Shown here in pieces: positions 25,103 through 37,879 of a stretch of DNA of 64,000 bases. The notes beneath the pieces were generated by a model. The model did not search any database. It saw only the letters and a list, made by a program, of their open reading frames with translations, and was not told the origin of the DNA. The translations under genes were made by a program, and so were the position numbers. This stretch comes from Leptogorgia sarmentosa (Eukaryota). Location: positions 18,228,001 through 18,292,000 of the forward strand of contig OZ210885.1 of NCBI GenBank assembly GCA_964658305.1, in the 5' to 3' direction. How positions within the stretch are numbered: the stretch's first letter is position 1; the number at the start of each line of letters is the position of its first letter.

Positions 25103-25730
25103 AATTTTTTATTAACAATAAAGAAGAATTTTACATTGGTATAAGATATGTGGTAGTAAGTAACAAGATTATGAGAGAATATAGGAATATATGGCTATTT
25201 AACTGGTTAGTTAAGGAATATATCAGTGTCTTTTATGCACTGTTACAATCAGTGTCTTTTATGCACTGTTACAGGAAGTATTTAGTTAAATTTAAGGATA
25301 TTTACTGCTCTTGAAAAGGGAAGAGCAATGATCGAGAAAAAAGACGTTGTTCAATTTTCACAGAAATGTTCAAGTTCGTAACTAAATTCTTGATATTGTT
25401 CTTCTGATTTAAAAATGTCATTAGGTACTTTAGATACATCATTGAAAGCTAAAATGTTTTTCATGATATTTAAAATATTGTCTCTACTATTATCTAATAA
25501 GTAGGCATGATGATCTGCAAACTCATGAAAAGGATCCATATGAACTTTGTTTCATTCTAGAACATGTACATCGATTAGGTAGGATGGAACTTGAGAGCCA
25601 CAAAGTCTGCACAGACCAGGTAAGCTCATATATTCGGCTTCTATGTCTTTGTGCAGGTATCCATTGATGTCAAAGAACAAGGTTTTGGGTATTTTAGCGA
25701 ATGAATTTTCCTTAGGTTCAAAGTCATCGA
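25103..25730 (-). mobile_element. AT-rich insert at U2 nt 38/39 with a Utopia-like 3' end but unrecognised upstream content
   Basis: Junction AAAAAATT|TCTGTTC is identical to 49674/49675, and the terminal ~55 nt resemble 49675-49730. Confidence 0.55.
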
Positions 25731-28168
25731 AACATACAAACCAATCCAAAACAGGCAGTACCACCAGCAAAGGCAACCACCCAATCGTCATGGTGACACA
25801 TTACATGCAAATGAAAGTGTTATGACCACTACCACAGCTCATCTGGGAATATAACATCATCATCTTCAGGAGGCACAACACCAAACAACCCTCCTGCTAA
25901 CCATAATTCTGAATACCGGTCCCTGGGACAATGTCTGCGCTGCATACGTAGCGTAAAACGCAACATGGATTTGGTGGAAGAAAGTAGATCCGCATGTTCT
26001 ACTGGGATCTGATCGAATCGCCATCCGTTGCGTGCTACCCATATTCTGTGTTTGATGATACCCAAGAGGCAAGGAAAAATTGGTGGAAGTTTCTCCGCCT
26101 GTTTGTACCCGATTAAAATCTGCGCTGGAGTGGGGGCAGTGACACGAAACCTCGCACGATGTAACAGTGAGGAGTACCAGTACTTGCCCACAGTGATCCA
26201 CCAACATTCCAAATCGCATCAAGCGGTTTGCAGTCGGCAAGATGCCATGGGCGATCAACCAAGCCGTGTCACACACTGGTCTGATGAACCGCCAAAGATG
26301 GAGGTTCATCCACACCGTACGCCATTCAATGTCTAGGCCCCAAGACCGGTACCGCTGCACACACTTGTGCTCTTCTTGGTCAAGTTTAGAGAGAACCCGG
26401 TAAACAAATCTGGCAGACAATTCAGTCAAAGGACTAACTTGTGCACCAATTCCTTTTATTACGATAACCCCATCCGCCCTTTCGCGATGGAGTCGGAACC
26501 AGGCCTTCATTATTGATTTATAAAAAGGAGGAAGAAGATCTATTGCATATGGAGGAGGCGACGGCAGCATAAGTATGTCTTCTATACTTCGCCCGCTGAA
26601 CGCTATACGGAGATGGTATCTAAAAAAGAACATCCCTGGAGCATCAGGGTTTTCAACCAACCTATGTACCCAAACTGCATGGAATGAGGTGACCTTCCTT
26701 TGTATATCAACTATCCCTAGACCCCCTTGTCCAAAATGTTGCGTTGCTGAGGTCCGAGCCAGCCATTCTCGGCGCTTTCACCAGACAAAGGGGAACACTA
26801 CCTTCTCCATAGCAGTCACCACCTGTCCAGGCAGAGCCAGGAAAGACAGGTGGTACCAAAATCTACTATACCCGAGCATGTTGGCTACAAGGGCACGCCC
26901 GTGGAAGGAAAGCTGCCAAGACTGCCAAGAGGCAATCACTTTGGTGAGCTCCCCAACTTTGGAATCCCAATCCTCATCTTCCGACTGGTTGAAAAGTGTG
27001 GAACCGATAATTTTTATGTTAGCAGACGACCAATCTAGATGTACAGGTAAGTCGGTACGTCTGACCCATGTGCCTATAAGCAACCCATGTGACTTTGTCA
27101 CATTCAATTTTGCTCCGGATGCCTTTTCGTATCGCTCAAAAACTGAAAAGACAGCTTTTAGAGCTGTATCCGACATTACAATTAGTGAGGTGTCGTCTGC
27201 GTACTAACAAATTTTTGCCCGACGTGTACGGGGCAGTGGAATGCCGTCTATCAAGGGGTGTGCTCGAATCGCACATGCAAGCGTCTCAGCCATTAATACA
27301 TAAAGCAGGGGTGACAATGGACACCCCTGACGTACTCCACGGCTGACAGAAAACCAAGCAGATGGCGTGCCATTAACTAGGACACAGGAGAAAATGTCGG
27401 TATAAAAAAGTTTGATCCAACGCCAAAATGAGTCCTCAAAATTCATATTTTGCAACACTCGCTGCAGATATTGCCACTCGACACGATCAAAGGCTTTTTC
27501 TTGGTCTAGTGACAAAATGGCTCCACCCAATCCCCTACGATTAACATCTTGTACAATATCTCGCAACAAACGATTATTGACGACAGGATTACGTCCAGGA
27601 ATACCACAGGTTTGGTCAGAGTGAATGAGATGACCCAGTACCTGTAGAAGACGGTTGGCTATTGCTTTAGCTGCTATTTTATAATCAACACAAAGAAGTG
27701 TTATTGGGCGCCAGTTCTATATTTCCAGTCTATCCCCACGCTTATATAGTAACGTGATTAATCCCTGCCTCTGCGATGCTGATAACCTACCCTCTCTGTA
27801 AGTGATTCATAACTTGAACATAGTCATTTCCCATCACAGGCCGAAAGCGCTGGAAAAATTCTGCTGGAAATCCATCTATCCCCGGAGATTTGGATGATGC
27901 CATCCCATCTAGAGCAGCCTTGCACTCTGCTGATGTAAGCTCTCCTTCACACGATTGCGCCTGTGCTAGAGATAACTTCAGCACTATCTGGTCTAGGAAG
28001 AACTCCTGTTCTCTCTCATCGAGCCTTAATGACATAAACAGTTTGGCATAAAAGGAGACCCATGCACCTGCAATGGCCATTGCGGAATAAACAATCTTTC
28101 CAGACAGATCTTTAATTGCCGTGAACAGGCGTTGCTCCCCTCGTTTCTGCTCCAGACGGAAAAAATAG

Positions 28169-28482
28169 TATACTATTTCTCAATGCTCGACTTCATGCTC
28201 AGTTTATTTAAGGTATGACAATGTTGATCAGCGCCCCACGCCAAGCTGAAAGCTTGGCGTGGAGTTGCGGCGCACGACTCACCCGAATTCTGGGGTGGAT
28301 GGGTGGGTCGCTCGCCACTTGCTTCTCAACGGTGTAACTGAACAAGAGCCGAGTTTATGGCGTTTTCCACCTTTTATAGCTTTGTTACCCATTCATGCGC
28401 ATAATCTATGCCATTATGCTTGATAATACCTTTGTTTGTCCTTAATTTGTTGTTCGCATATCATTACGAGCATTGAAAATAG
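28169..28482. mobile_element. About 310-bp non-autonomous insertion in family C ORF2
   Basis: Interrupts the EEG..SSAY/FFRLE motif; imperfect inverted ends (CTATTTCTCAATGCTCG / CGAGCATTGAAAATAG); AAAATAG at both junctions. Confidence 0.65.
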
Positions 28483-30499
28483 GCAGAGGAAACTTTACCT
28501 TCTTCAGCCCATTGTACCTTTGATCATATTCGCGCCCCGCGTGCCTGCTGGCGATGCGTCTCCTCGAGCTCAGCCCGGACGTCCGCCATCATGCCGCTCA
28601 CATCCTCCCCTCTATCCGCTCTACGCTTCAGACAAAGCAGTGTATTTTCTAACGAAGAGATTCGCTTACGTAAAGAGGAAGCCTGCTTTCGAGAGTATGC
28701 CCGTATTTTGGATTGTAACCTGGCCTTACCCGCGTCCCACCATGCAGAAAGAGAAAAAAACGAATCTTTCTCAGCTTGCCATGACTCCCAGAACTGGGTA
28801 ACCATGAGTATAAATGAAGAGTCTTTGAGGTGGCTTGTATTAAACTTCCACACTCCTGTGCCTCTACTAATCGCATTTGGGACAGAAAACTTCAAATAAA
28901 TACAGGAATGATCTGAACGAAAGAACGGAAAGATCCCGACTGAAACTATCAATTGGAGAAAAAAGGTGGATACCCAAAACATATCTAGTCGGCTCGCTTG
29001 ACTATTGTTGGGACGTTGCCATGTAAATTCCATTGCATCCAGATGCTTGGACGTTTGCAAATTTTTTCCATCATTTTTGGGGTCCTGAGGGGTTTCCAAT
29101 GTCGTATCCATGTTTTCGTCATTTGTGTCAAGCTTGCTTGACTCCTCATTTTCATCATCTGGGGGTAAAGGGAGTAGTTCAGCTGGTGTACTAAATAGGT
29201 CTTGGGAAGGGTCGAGCCTGGTAGTCTTAACACTGCTGGCCGCTTCCCCCCTGCCTTCCTGCTCTTCTGAGCTGTTCGAACTGTTGGTGCTACTCTCTTC
29301 ACACCGGGGTCTTTTGGTAGAAGGGGGAGACGCTTTTGATCTATCAACGTTATCCTCCCTTTCCACTAAATTATTGCCCTGCATTACCTCTGGAGGCTTG
29401 TCCTGTTCATTAGCCAAGGTGGCAGCCTTTACTACCTGCTCCTCTATTGCTGTGCTCTCACCTTCAACTGGCTCATTAATCTGTTGATCTCTAACCTCTG
29501 TAGCCGTGCCTGTCAGATCAGAAACCGGCACAGTACCTGCAGTTGGGGTAATACCTTCATCAGTGTTAGGGCCCTGTAGGCCTTGCTGCACCGCTTCAGC
29601 GAATGAAGTCAGGGTTGGACGAGGAGGAGGTACTTCCTCTCTTCGTTTTAGTATCTGGTCACTTGCCTTTTCGGCGTTCTCAGTAGAGGTGGTTGCCTGG
29701 CCTCGAGTGCCCTGTGGGCATTGCGCCCTCGTATGACCCGTTTTATTACACCCAAAGCAAGTGGGAATTTGTCCAGGGTAGAATATGTTGCACCAATGAT
29801 CTGCCACCCGAATGGATGACGGAATTGTCGTCTTTACCTCAACCAATGCATGCCTTATACCTATATGCACACCTTTGTATGTGTCTGCCTTTATATTGAC
29901 TACTTTGCCATATGGCTTAAGGGCCTCTCCTATGGCTTCATTTGGTATCCCATAGCTAAGTCGGGTGATAGTCACCCACTTGGCAGATCGGCACGGATTA
30001 AATTTTACCGGGGAATTCCGGAAGGAGAGACCTAAATGCGACACTTCTTCTCGGGCTCGTTCGGATCACCAGGTTACCCTCACCTTCCTAGGTGACAATA
30101 GCACAAAGGCTTCAAACAAAGCCTCAAAATTACTTGGGACTTGGTCCCGGAAGGAGTCAACTATGGCCTTAATGCTGACTTTGGCCTGGCCTTCTCCTAA
30201 GGGCAGATCAACATCTGCTGTGCGATTGGCGAACGGTATTTGCATTTTACTACTTTTTATATTCAAACGAACGTTTGAGAAGCGGGCCTCATGCACGCTA
30301 TTTTTTTAACTATTTTGGAAAGGAAGAAAAAAGTTGTAGTATGGTTTAACTAGTTAAGCCTCTACAGAAGACTAAAATTTTAATATATATGAGGTTTTAT
30401 AGCGAAAGGATGAGAACCGTTGTCTCACCGAAAGCAACTAGTAATCCAGGGAAGTTAATTTAACACACTAAAATAATGATAGTATACCTTAAGCTTTGA

Positions 30500-32128
30500 T
30501 TTTATTTTATCTATACTGCTCCCAGTTATTACTAGAATAGTTAACACCTCGTTAGTTACCGCTATCATGCCTACTGAACTAAAGAATGCTGTTCTTACTC
30601 CTAATTTAAAGAAAACTTCACTTGACCATGAAGTTTATTCAAACTTTAGGCCCATTTCAAACCTGAAATTTATTTCTAAAATAGTGGAGAAGTCTGTTTC
30701 ACATCAACTTACAGATTATCTGCGTGGAAATGATTTAGAAGAAAGATTCCAGTCGGCATATAAAGGGTTTCATAGCACTGAAACTGCTCTTGTTAAAGTA
30801 CACAATGATATTGTCTCGGCAATTGACAACCAGGAACATGTAATTCTGGTACTGCTTGACTTGTCTGCTGCGTTTGATATGATAGACCACAAAATACTGT
30901 TATCCAGGCTATCGAGCCGTTTTGGTATCAAGGGAAAGGTATTAGGTTGGTTTGAATCTTACCTGAAAGATCGCAAGCAGACCGTCAGTGTAAATGGTGT
31001 TACATCCTCAACTAGAAAAGTCATTTCTGGGGTACCTCAGGGGTCTGTACTAGGGCCAATCCTATACCTGCTGTATACGTCACCACTCGGAGACATTGTT
31101 CGAAGCCATGGCCTATCCCATCACTTTTATGCTGATGATTCACAGTTGTATATCACTTTCAAACCAAGCAATGAGATAGCAACTATATCAAATATTGAAG
31201 CTTGTATCAATGACATTAATAATTGGATGATTTCTAATAAATTAAAACTTAATAAAGGAAAAACGGAACTTCTTGTAATAGGATCGAATTCTCGTTGTCG
31301 TCCATTGGTTGAAAGTATCACTGTTGCTGGAGAATATATAAATGGATCAAAAACGGTTAGAAACCTTGGATCAGTCTTTGATGAAAGCATGAATCTAGAG
31401 CAACATGTAAAGGATGTGTGTAAATGTGCTTTCTACCACATTCAGAATATATCAAAGATAAGAGACTGTCTTACTCAGAACGATACTGAGACGTTGGTAC
31501 ACGCATTTATATCAAGCAAACTTGATTTCTGTAACGCATTGCTTTATGGCCTACCACAGTGTGTGATAGATAAGCTTCAACGTGTTCAAAACTCGGCGGC
31601 GCGTCTTGTAACTCGAACTCGTAAATATGAACATATCACACCAGTACTCATGGATTTACACTGGTTACCAGTAGAGCAGCGTATCAAATACAAGATACTG
31701 TTATTAACATACAAATCGTTCAATGGAATGGCACCTAAGTATCTGAGTGATCTTCTTCATTGTCATAATCCAACGAGACAACTTAGGTCAGCATCAAAAC
31801 ATCTGCTTGTTCCACCTAAAGTAAATCTTAAACGATATGGTGAAAGATCCTTCAAATCTGCCTCCCCAAGACTATGGAACTCTCTGCCTGAGAATGTTCG
31901 AGCTAGTCCATCACTTGACTCTTTTAAAACTAGACTAAAGACTTTCCTTTATAAAGAAGCTTTTAATTAAGAGTCTTATTTTCTTAATATTATATATAAT
32001 TATATATAGACTAGATCTCTAACGGTTGTATTGTAAATATGTAAATATTAATATTTTATCAAATTATAAAGCGTCTTTGAGCTTCGGGAAACGGCGCTAT
32101 ATAAATCTATTAAATTATTATTATTATT
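30500..32128 (+). mobile_element. 5'-truncated L2-clade LINE nested in the family C 5' UTR
   Basis: Open RT frame, then a terminal stem-loop and (TAT)n tail at 32070-32128. The 5' boundary is approximate. Confidence 0.85.
30567..31970 (+). CDS. L2/CR1-type reverse transcriptase, C-terminal part of ORF2
   Basis: FRPISNL, LDLSAAFD, GVPQGSVLGP, FYADDSQLY, HITPVLMDLHWLPV. Confidence 0.9.
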   Translation: MPTELKNAVLTPNLKKTSLDHEVYSNFRPISNLKFISKIVEKSVSHQLTDYLRGNDLEERFQSAYKGFHSTETALVKVHNDIVSAIDNQEHVILVLLDLSAAFDMIDHKILLSRLSSRFGIKGKVLGWFESYLKDRKQTVSVNGVTSSTRKVISGVPQGSVLGPILYLLYTSPLGDIVRSHGLSHHFYADDSQLYITFKPSNEIATISNIEACINDINNWMISNKLKLNKGKTELLVIGSNSRCRPLVESITVAGEYINGSKTVRNLGSVFDESMNLEQHVKDVCKCAFYHIQNISKIRDCLTQNDTETLVHAFISSKLDFCNALLYGLPQCVIDKLQRVQNSAARLVTRTRKYEHITPVLMDLHWLPVEQRIKYKILLLTYKSFNGMAPKYLSDLLHCHNPTRQLRSASKHLLVPPKVNLKRYGERSFKSASPRLWNSLPENVRASPSLDSFKTRLKTFLYKEAFN

Positions 32129-32728
32129 AAATTAAAGAAAAAACAAAAAGCAAAAACCTAGTAATAATTAAACAAATAATACCTAGACGAGGACTAACAG
32201 CCTCGCAACAAAATGAATGACCTAGAATTGTTCCACGAAGACCTAAAGCTTCGAGTGAACGTAATTACAAAAACCTAAAAACAATAATCCAAAACGAGGA
32301 CCAACAGCCTCTAAACAAAAAATACAATACCTAAACGAGGACCAAATGCCTCAAAACAAAAACAAAAATTAATTGCTAAACTCGGACCAAATGCCTCCCG
32401 AACAAAAATGGGCAGAAAAATAGCGGAGGGTCTCCAACCCCCGTGGCCAGAAACAAAGAAAAGAGAGAGTGACAGGCTTCAGCCAAGCACTTCCACCTGA
32501 CCAGATGCAACGAAAAAGTGGAAAAGGGTCCACCGCCTTAGAGTAACCCCCTAGAGGGCCCCTCAAACAGGCACAACCACGAAAAACAAGGAGGACCAGT
32601 GCAGGACCACTCGACCACCACAGGACACCAGGACCAGCAGGGTGCTCTCTTCTTCACCAGGCTTGATCTTTGATCTTCGTTCTTCTGTCTTCTTCTTTCA
32701 GCTTTACCTTCTTTACCACCAGCAGAAT

Positions 32729-32734
32729 ATCTTA
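32729..32734 (-). other. 6-nt U2 target remnant (TAAGAT, U2 nt 22-27) between the family D 3' end and the family C 5' end
   Basis: TCGTTCAACTCAAAA|TAAGAT is the same junction as at 50339/50340. Confidence 0.7.
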
Positions 32735-35700
32735 TTTTGAGTTGAACGACGTAAGGTCCCGATCATTGCTGATCTGGTTCCGATGGTGCAATGGAACCTG
32801 TACCTTGTGCAGACGCCGCACCCAGGGGGTTGCTACACAGCAAGCAGACCAACAGAGAGTACGACCCTCTCCCCCGTGCCATGAAACGACTCGTGAATGG
32901 CCCAGACGATCAAGTGCTAAGCGCTGTCCCGCCTGGGGATCCCTAACCCTATGATGGTGATTGAATGAAGTAGATGATCTGAAACTGAAGTCGATGACGA
33001 CATGAGCACCCCTGAGTCCACCAGATACCCGTGCAATCCTTGGGAGTTAGACTCGAAAGAACCACGGGCCAAAATTGCGAAACATTACGAGGCCACTATA
33101 CACACCGCATATCGCGGCGAGACAATTAAACATATTACAGGACATACGATATTACTATTTCACGAGTTGTACGAACATTGCCTCGACAGTAAGGAAACAG
33201 TGTACACACAATTAGACTGCCCCATAGACAGCAGTACAACCAATCAAGGCGACCCCCGTATGGTGACAGTAACACAAAAAACAACACACAAGATGGTCAA
33301 GTGCGAAAGTCCTGTCGCAGAATGAGAACGTTGTCGGGAGTGAGGATCCCGATGGCCCCCTTTGCCAGCCATTCACGAGCAAACAGCTCTGGTTTGCAAT
33401 TACGATGTTGGACATGTAGCAGGAATTGAAAAGTTGACTTGACACGGGATAGGATAAAGTCCACATCCGGTTTGGTGGAGTCGAAACGGGAAGCATTCCG
33501 GGTCAACCATAATTGGTGGCGGATAACACCTAACATCGCTGAGTAGGCGACAGGAATTTTGCGAGCTGGATGAAAACCGAAAAGGAGTTCTTGGTCGGTA
33601 GGATATTTGCTGTGCAGAAGGTACTGTTGGAAACGTGCTAAGAACCAGTCGAGCACGTCGATGGCAACTTGACACTCCGTGAATAGATGGACGAGAGTCT
33701 CTGGGCAGCCACAGTGACACTCCCCCAACACTTGTATTCCAAATCGCTTTAGACGATCAGCTGTAGGAAGAATTCCATGGGCAGAAAGCCACGCAGTGTC
33801 CTGTACAGATCGCACATAGTTCCACAGTGATAAATTATGCCACACCCACTTCCACTCTTTAGCTGGCCCTAAGGTATGTGAATGTTCGAAGCAGCGATGG
33901 GAGAAAGCCTTTCGAAGAAGATCATAGGCTAGCTTGGCGCTTAGGTGGTCAATGGTTATATCCGGTGGTTTCGGTGCGCGTACTTTCCAGATCTGTTCCG
34001 AAAGGCTAGGATTCAGTGCTACCCAGGAACAGAGGATGGATTTGTAGAATGCCGGTAGAGCGTGTAAAGAACGGGTAGCGGGGCGTGGATGTAATAGGAT
34101 GTCAGTCATTGATGCTTTGTTGGGAAAAGCACGCATTGCGAAATATTCAAAAAAACCATGCCAACCATGACAAGGACCAAGTAGGTACCGTTTGATCCAT
34201 AAACAATGTAGAGACTGTATCTTACGTCCAACATCAACAGCACCAAGACCACCAGATCCCACAGGTTGGGTCACCGAATTTCGGGCTAACCATTCTCGTT
34301 TCTTGCCCCAAATATATGAAAATGTCAATGAGTTGATCGTTGCCAGTATCTTCGACGGTATCTCTTGGAAGGTGGCGAGATACCAGAAAAGACTCAACCC
34401 AAGAGTCTTTGTTACCATAGTACGCCCACGAAAGGAAAGGTCACGACGCTTCCAGGATTCCAACAATTTGGTGTATTTGTCGAGGGGGGATTGCCAATCC
34501 TTTGAACCGTCATTGCTGATACGACTCCCGAGGACACGAATACAATCTGCTTTCCAATTGAGTTCCACAGGGAAGGTTGACCGAGTACGCCAGGCACCAA
34601 GCAGAAGGCCCTCACATTTACTTGGATTGAGCTTGGCTCCCGATGCTGATTCGTACCGCTTACATGTTGCAAAGAGCTGCAGGATAGATTGATCTGACAT
34701 GACCAACGCCGTAGTATCATCAGCATATTGGCATAACTTTTGTCGAGAGCCATCAGGAAGAGTAAAACCATCAATGCTCGTGTCCTTCTCGATGGTAATA
34801 GCCAAAGCCTCGATCACTAGGATATAAAGTAACGGGGAAAGTGGGCAACCTTGACGGACACCCCTGGAAACAGCAAATGGTTTGGATATAAAGCCATTGA
34901 CAATAACCGCTGAGGAGATATTGGTGTAGAGGAGGCTCACCCACCGTTGAAATGATGGACCAAACCCCATGGCGGATAAAACGTGTGACATGAACGGCCA
35001 TTCCACTCGGTCAAAGGCTTTTTCTTGGTCTAAGGATATAATAGCCGCCGACAAATCTTTCTCATTCGCATACTGAACAATGTCTTTGATTAAACGGATA
35101 TTTGCAGCCGATAATCGACCAGGTATACCGGCAGTCTGAGACAGGGAGACAACCGACGATATGACGAGCAGGAGGCGATTTGCTAAAGCCTTCACGGCGA
35201 TTTTATAGTCTGTATTGAGAAGGGTAATGGGGCGCCAGTTCTTTGGGTTAGTACGTTCGTTTTTCTTATATAACAATGTAATTAAACCTTGCCGTTGAGA
35301 TGTGGACAAGCATCCTTGGTCATACGCTTCATTAAGGACATCTGTGAGGTCTTTTCCCAGTACGCCCCAAAAGTTGATGTAGAACTCAGCTGGAAGGCCA
35401 TCCAACCCAGGGGTTTTGTTCCGTGACATGTTCTTTACCGCTTCAAAGCACTCTTCCACCGTTAGATGTCCTTCACAAAGTTTCTGGTCGTGCGACGACA
35501 AAGTGTGCTCGATATGGGATATGAAAAAGTCAATGTCGTACTCCGTTAAGGGTTGTGAAGTAAATAAATCAGAGTAGAATTCGCGAAACACTTCAAGTAT
35601 GCCATGCGATGTCATTGCCAACGAACTGTCTGGCCTAGCAATGGATTGGATCACAGACTTGGTCGCTCGACGTTTTTCCAGTTGAAAAAAGTATGAAGTG

Positions 35701-37870
35701 GACCGTTCCCCTTCTTCTGCCCATTGTACCCGTGCACGAACTTGGGCTCCTCTCGCTGCTTCCTGCATGAGTAGTTCCAAATCAGCTTTTGCTTCCCCTA
35801 AGTATTCATGGACATCATCTCCTTTCTCCATTCTTCGATTCAGATGGTAAATTGTGGCTTCGAGAGATTTTTTCCTTGATTTGCGTCGAGATGCTTCGCG
35901 ACGTGAGAAAGTCTTAATTCGCTTGCGTAACTCGATTTTTCTGCTATCCCACCAAGCCGTCAATGAGGAAAAGCGATGCTTGTGTTTTTGCCATGATTTC
36001 CAGAAGGTTTCGATCATATTGCGAAAAATTCGGGTTCGTGAGGTGCATAGTATTGAATTTCCAATAGCTTGAGCCAAGGGCTATCTGATCCGGCAAAGAG
36101 AACTCCATATACACGTAGCAGTGATCAGAGCGAAAAAAGGGGAGGATGTCGGTGTGTGAAATACAATCAACCAAGGAAGAGGAGACCAGGAAGAGGTCCA
36201 AACGAGAGGCTTGACTACCATTGGGACGGTGCCAAGTATACTGTTTTTCGGTTGGATGATGTTTTCGCCAAATGTCTGTTAACTCAAAAGTATCCATAAG
36301 AGTACACAATGAGGAAGGATTATTATAAGCCCAGGGCGAAGAAAGGTTACATGATTGGCGGTCAGCCGCTGGATTCAACACGGTATTGAAATCGCCACAC
36401 AGTATTATGGGACAGTCCGGTTGTAGAGCAGGAACCAACGATTCAAAGAAAGGAATGCCGTCCTTTTTATTATTGGGTCCATAAATATTCGCAACTTGAA
36501 AAGTAACGTCCTGATGTTTAAGGATCGCTGCCACTGTTCTACCATCCTTATCGCGAAAGGTTGCTTCTAAACTCAATTCGGACCGAAAAAGAATGGCGAC
36601 GCCACAACTTTTGCTAGTACCCGGTGACGAGACAACTTGATGCGAGATTTTAGATAAGACCGTATTATTCATGTCATCTGTCCATTTCGAGAATTCAGCT
36701 TCCGAGAGAGAATGCGTTTCTTGTAGGCAAACAATGTCAGGCGTAAAACAGTTTAGCCATGAAAAAAGTATTTCCAAACTAGGACGAGCCCGTAGGCCTT
36801 GACAGTTGAGAGTTATCATTTTGATTCTGTTAGCCATTTCGAAAAAATTGTGAAATGTCAGATAGTGCAGTGTTCAGGAGGAACGTATTACCGAGGCTTA
36901 GAGGACCCCGAGAACAAGCTTGGCTTGGTTTTCTTTCGTACAAACTGAGCTGGTGGGACATTGTGTAAGACCTTGCTGCATACTGTCTTCCCCTTCGTTT
37001 TTGTGGACAGGGAACTCCGTGCTGTCCGCAGAGATCCCGCAGATGACTGGGAAAATTGCGAAATTTGAGCACTAGGCTTGCTACGGGGTGTGGTTGGGGT
37101 GGGGGTGAATAGTTGAGGGGATTGCAGGTTGGGAGAAGAGACCGAGCGATCCAATCTCAGGGGTGTTACCACCTTCTTGAGAGGTTCCTGGGAAGTCTTC
37201 GCCTCGCTTTCTTTGCCTGGGATGGGCAGGTTGACAGACGAGTTATCGGTTGCCGCTTGGGGGGGTACCTTTGCAGCAGAAGGATCTGAACCTCTGAATC
37301 TGAATCTTGCTTATGCGCCTTCTTGGTGGAAGTTGAAGAGGGGATCACTGGATCAACTGGAGCTTTTGGTGGGAGAGATTTAACCTCGTTTGCTTGATGT
37401 TCGGGAGGCAACAATGTTGAGTCAGATTGGGATGCAGATGGCGGGTGTTCGGAATTCGAACCCGTTTCACGAGGCACCACCGCGACCGCAGTCTTTGCAG
37501 AAGGAGATGTCCCCACCGGTTTGGACGGGACCACAGTCAATAAGGATGATGATGCACCTGAAACAGCGTCCGCGTAGGTGGGTGTCGCCGGTACCTTGGT
37601 GGATTCAGAGGGACTGGAAGGTGGTGATGACGTTGGCAGTTGTGACGTTGTCTCTGCAGGGCGTGACTTCTGAACGGTCTGGTTTTCACTAGGTGGAGTC
37701 ACCTGGGGTTTGGGGTGTATGTTTCGATTCTGCTTACGCGGACAATCTTTAGATACATGCCCAACTTCTCCACAGGCGAAGCATGATCGAGGTTGACCCC
37801 GATAAAAGATGTTGATGGGGTTACCTTTGATGCGTATACGGGACGGGATATCCGATTATAAAATAGGCGA
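32735..37870 (-). mobile_element. Tx1-clade family D, 5' part of ORF1 missing
   Basis: ORF1 remnant (YRGQPRSCFACGEVGH near 37760-37850, plus 37166..37702), ORF2, and a 3' UTR homologous to family A. Confidence 0.9.
33297..36837 (-). pseudogene. Family D ORF2 (APE, RT, CCHC), apparently with a single frameshift near 36040
   Basis: ORFs 35944..36837 (LNCQGL, CLQETH, GDFN, SDH) and 33297..36077 (QYADD, CHCG..E...HLF..C). Confidence 0.9.
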
Positions 37871-37879
37871 TAAAATAGT

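Larger units (their letters stand above)
25731..32728 (-). mobile_element. Tx1-clade family C: decayed, most of the endonuclease and the 3' end deleted, with nested MITE and L2
   Basis: ORF1 about 29040-30242 (CFGCNKTGHTRAQC) fused to an endonuclease remnant; RT pieces 27204..28080; C-terminus 25829..26660; 5' UTR 30243-30500 and 32130-32728. Confidence 0.85.

Noticed and set aside
28524..30044. 506-aa ORF as a novel ORF1-endonuclease fusion protein
   Set aside because: Better explained by an in-frame deletion removing most of the endonuclease.
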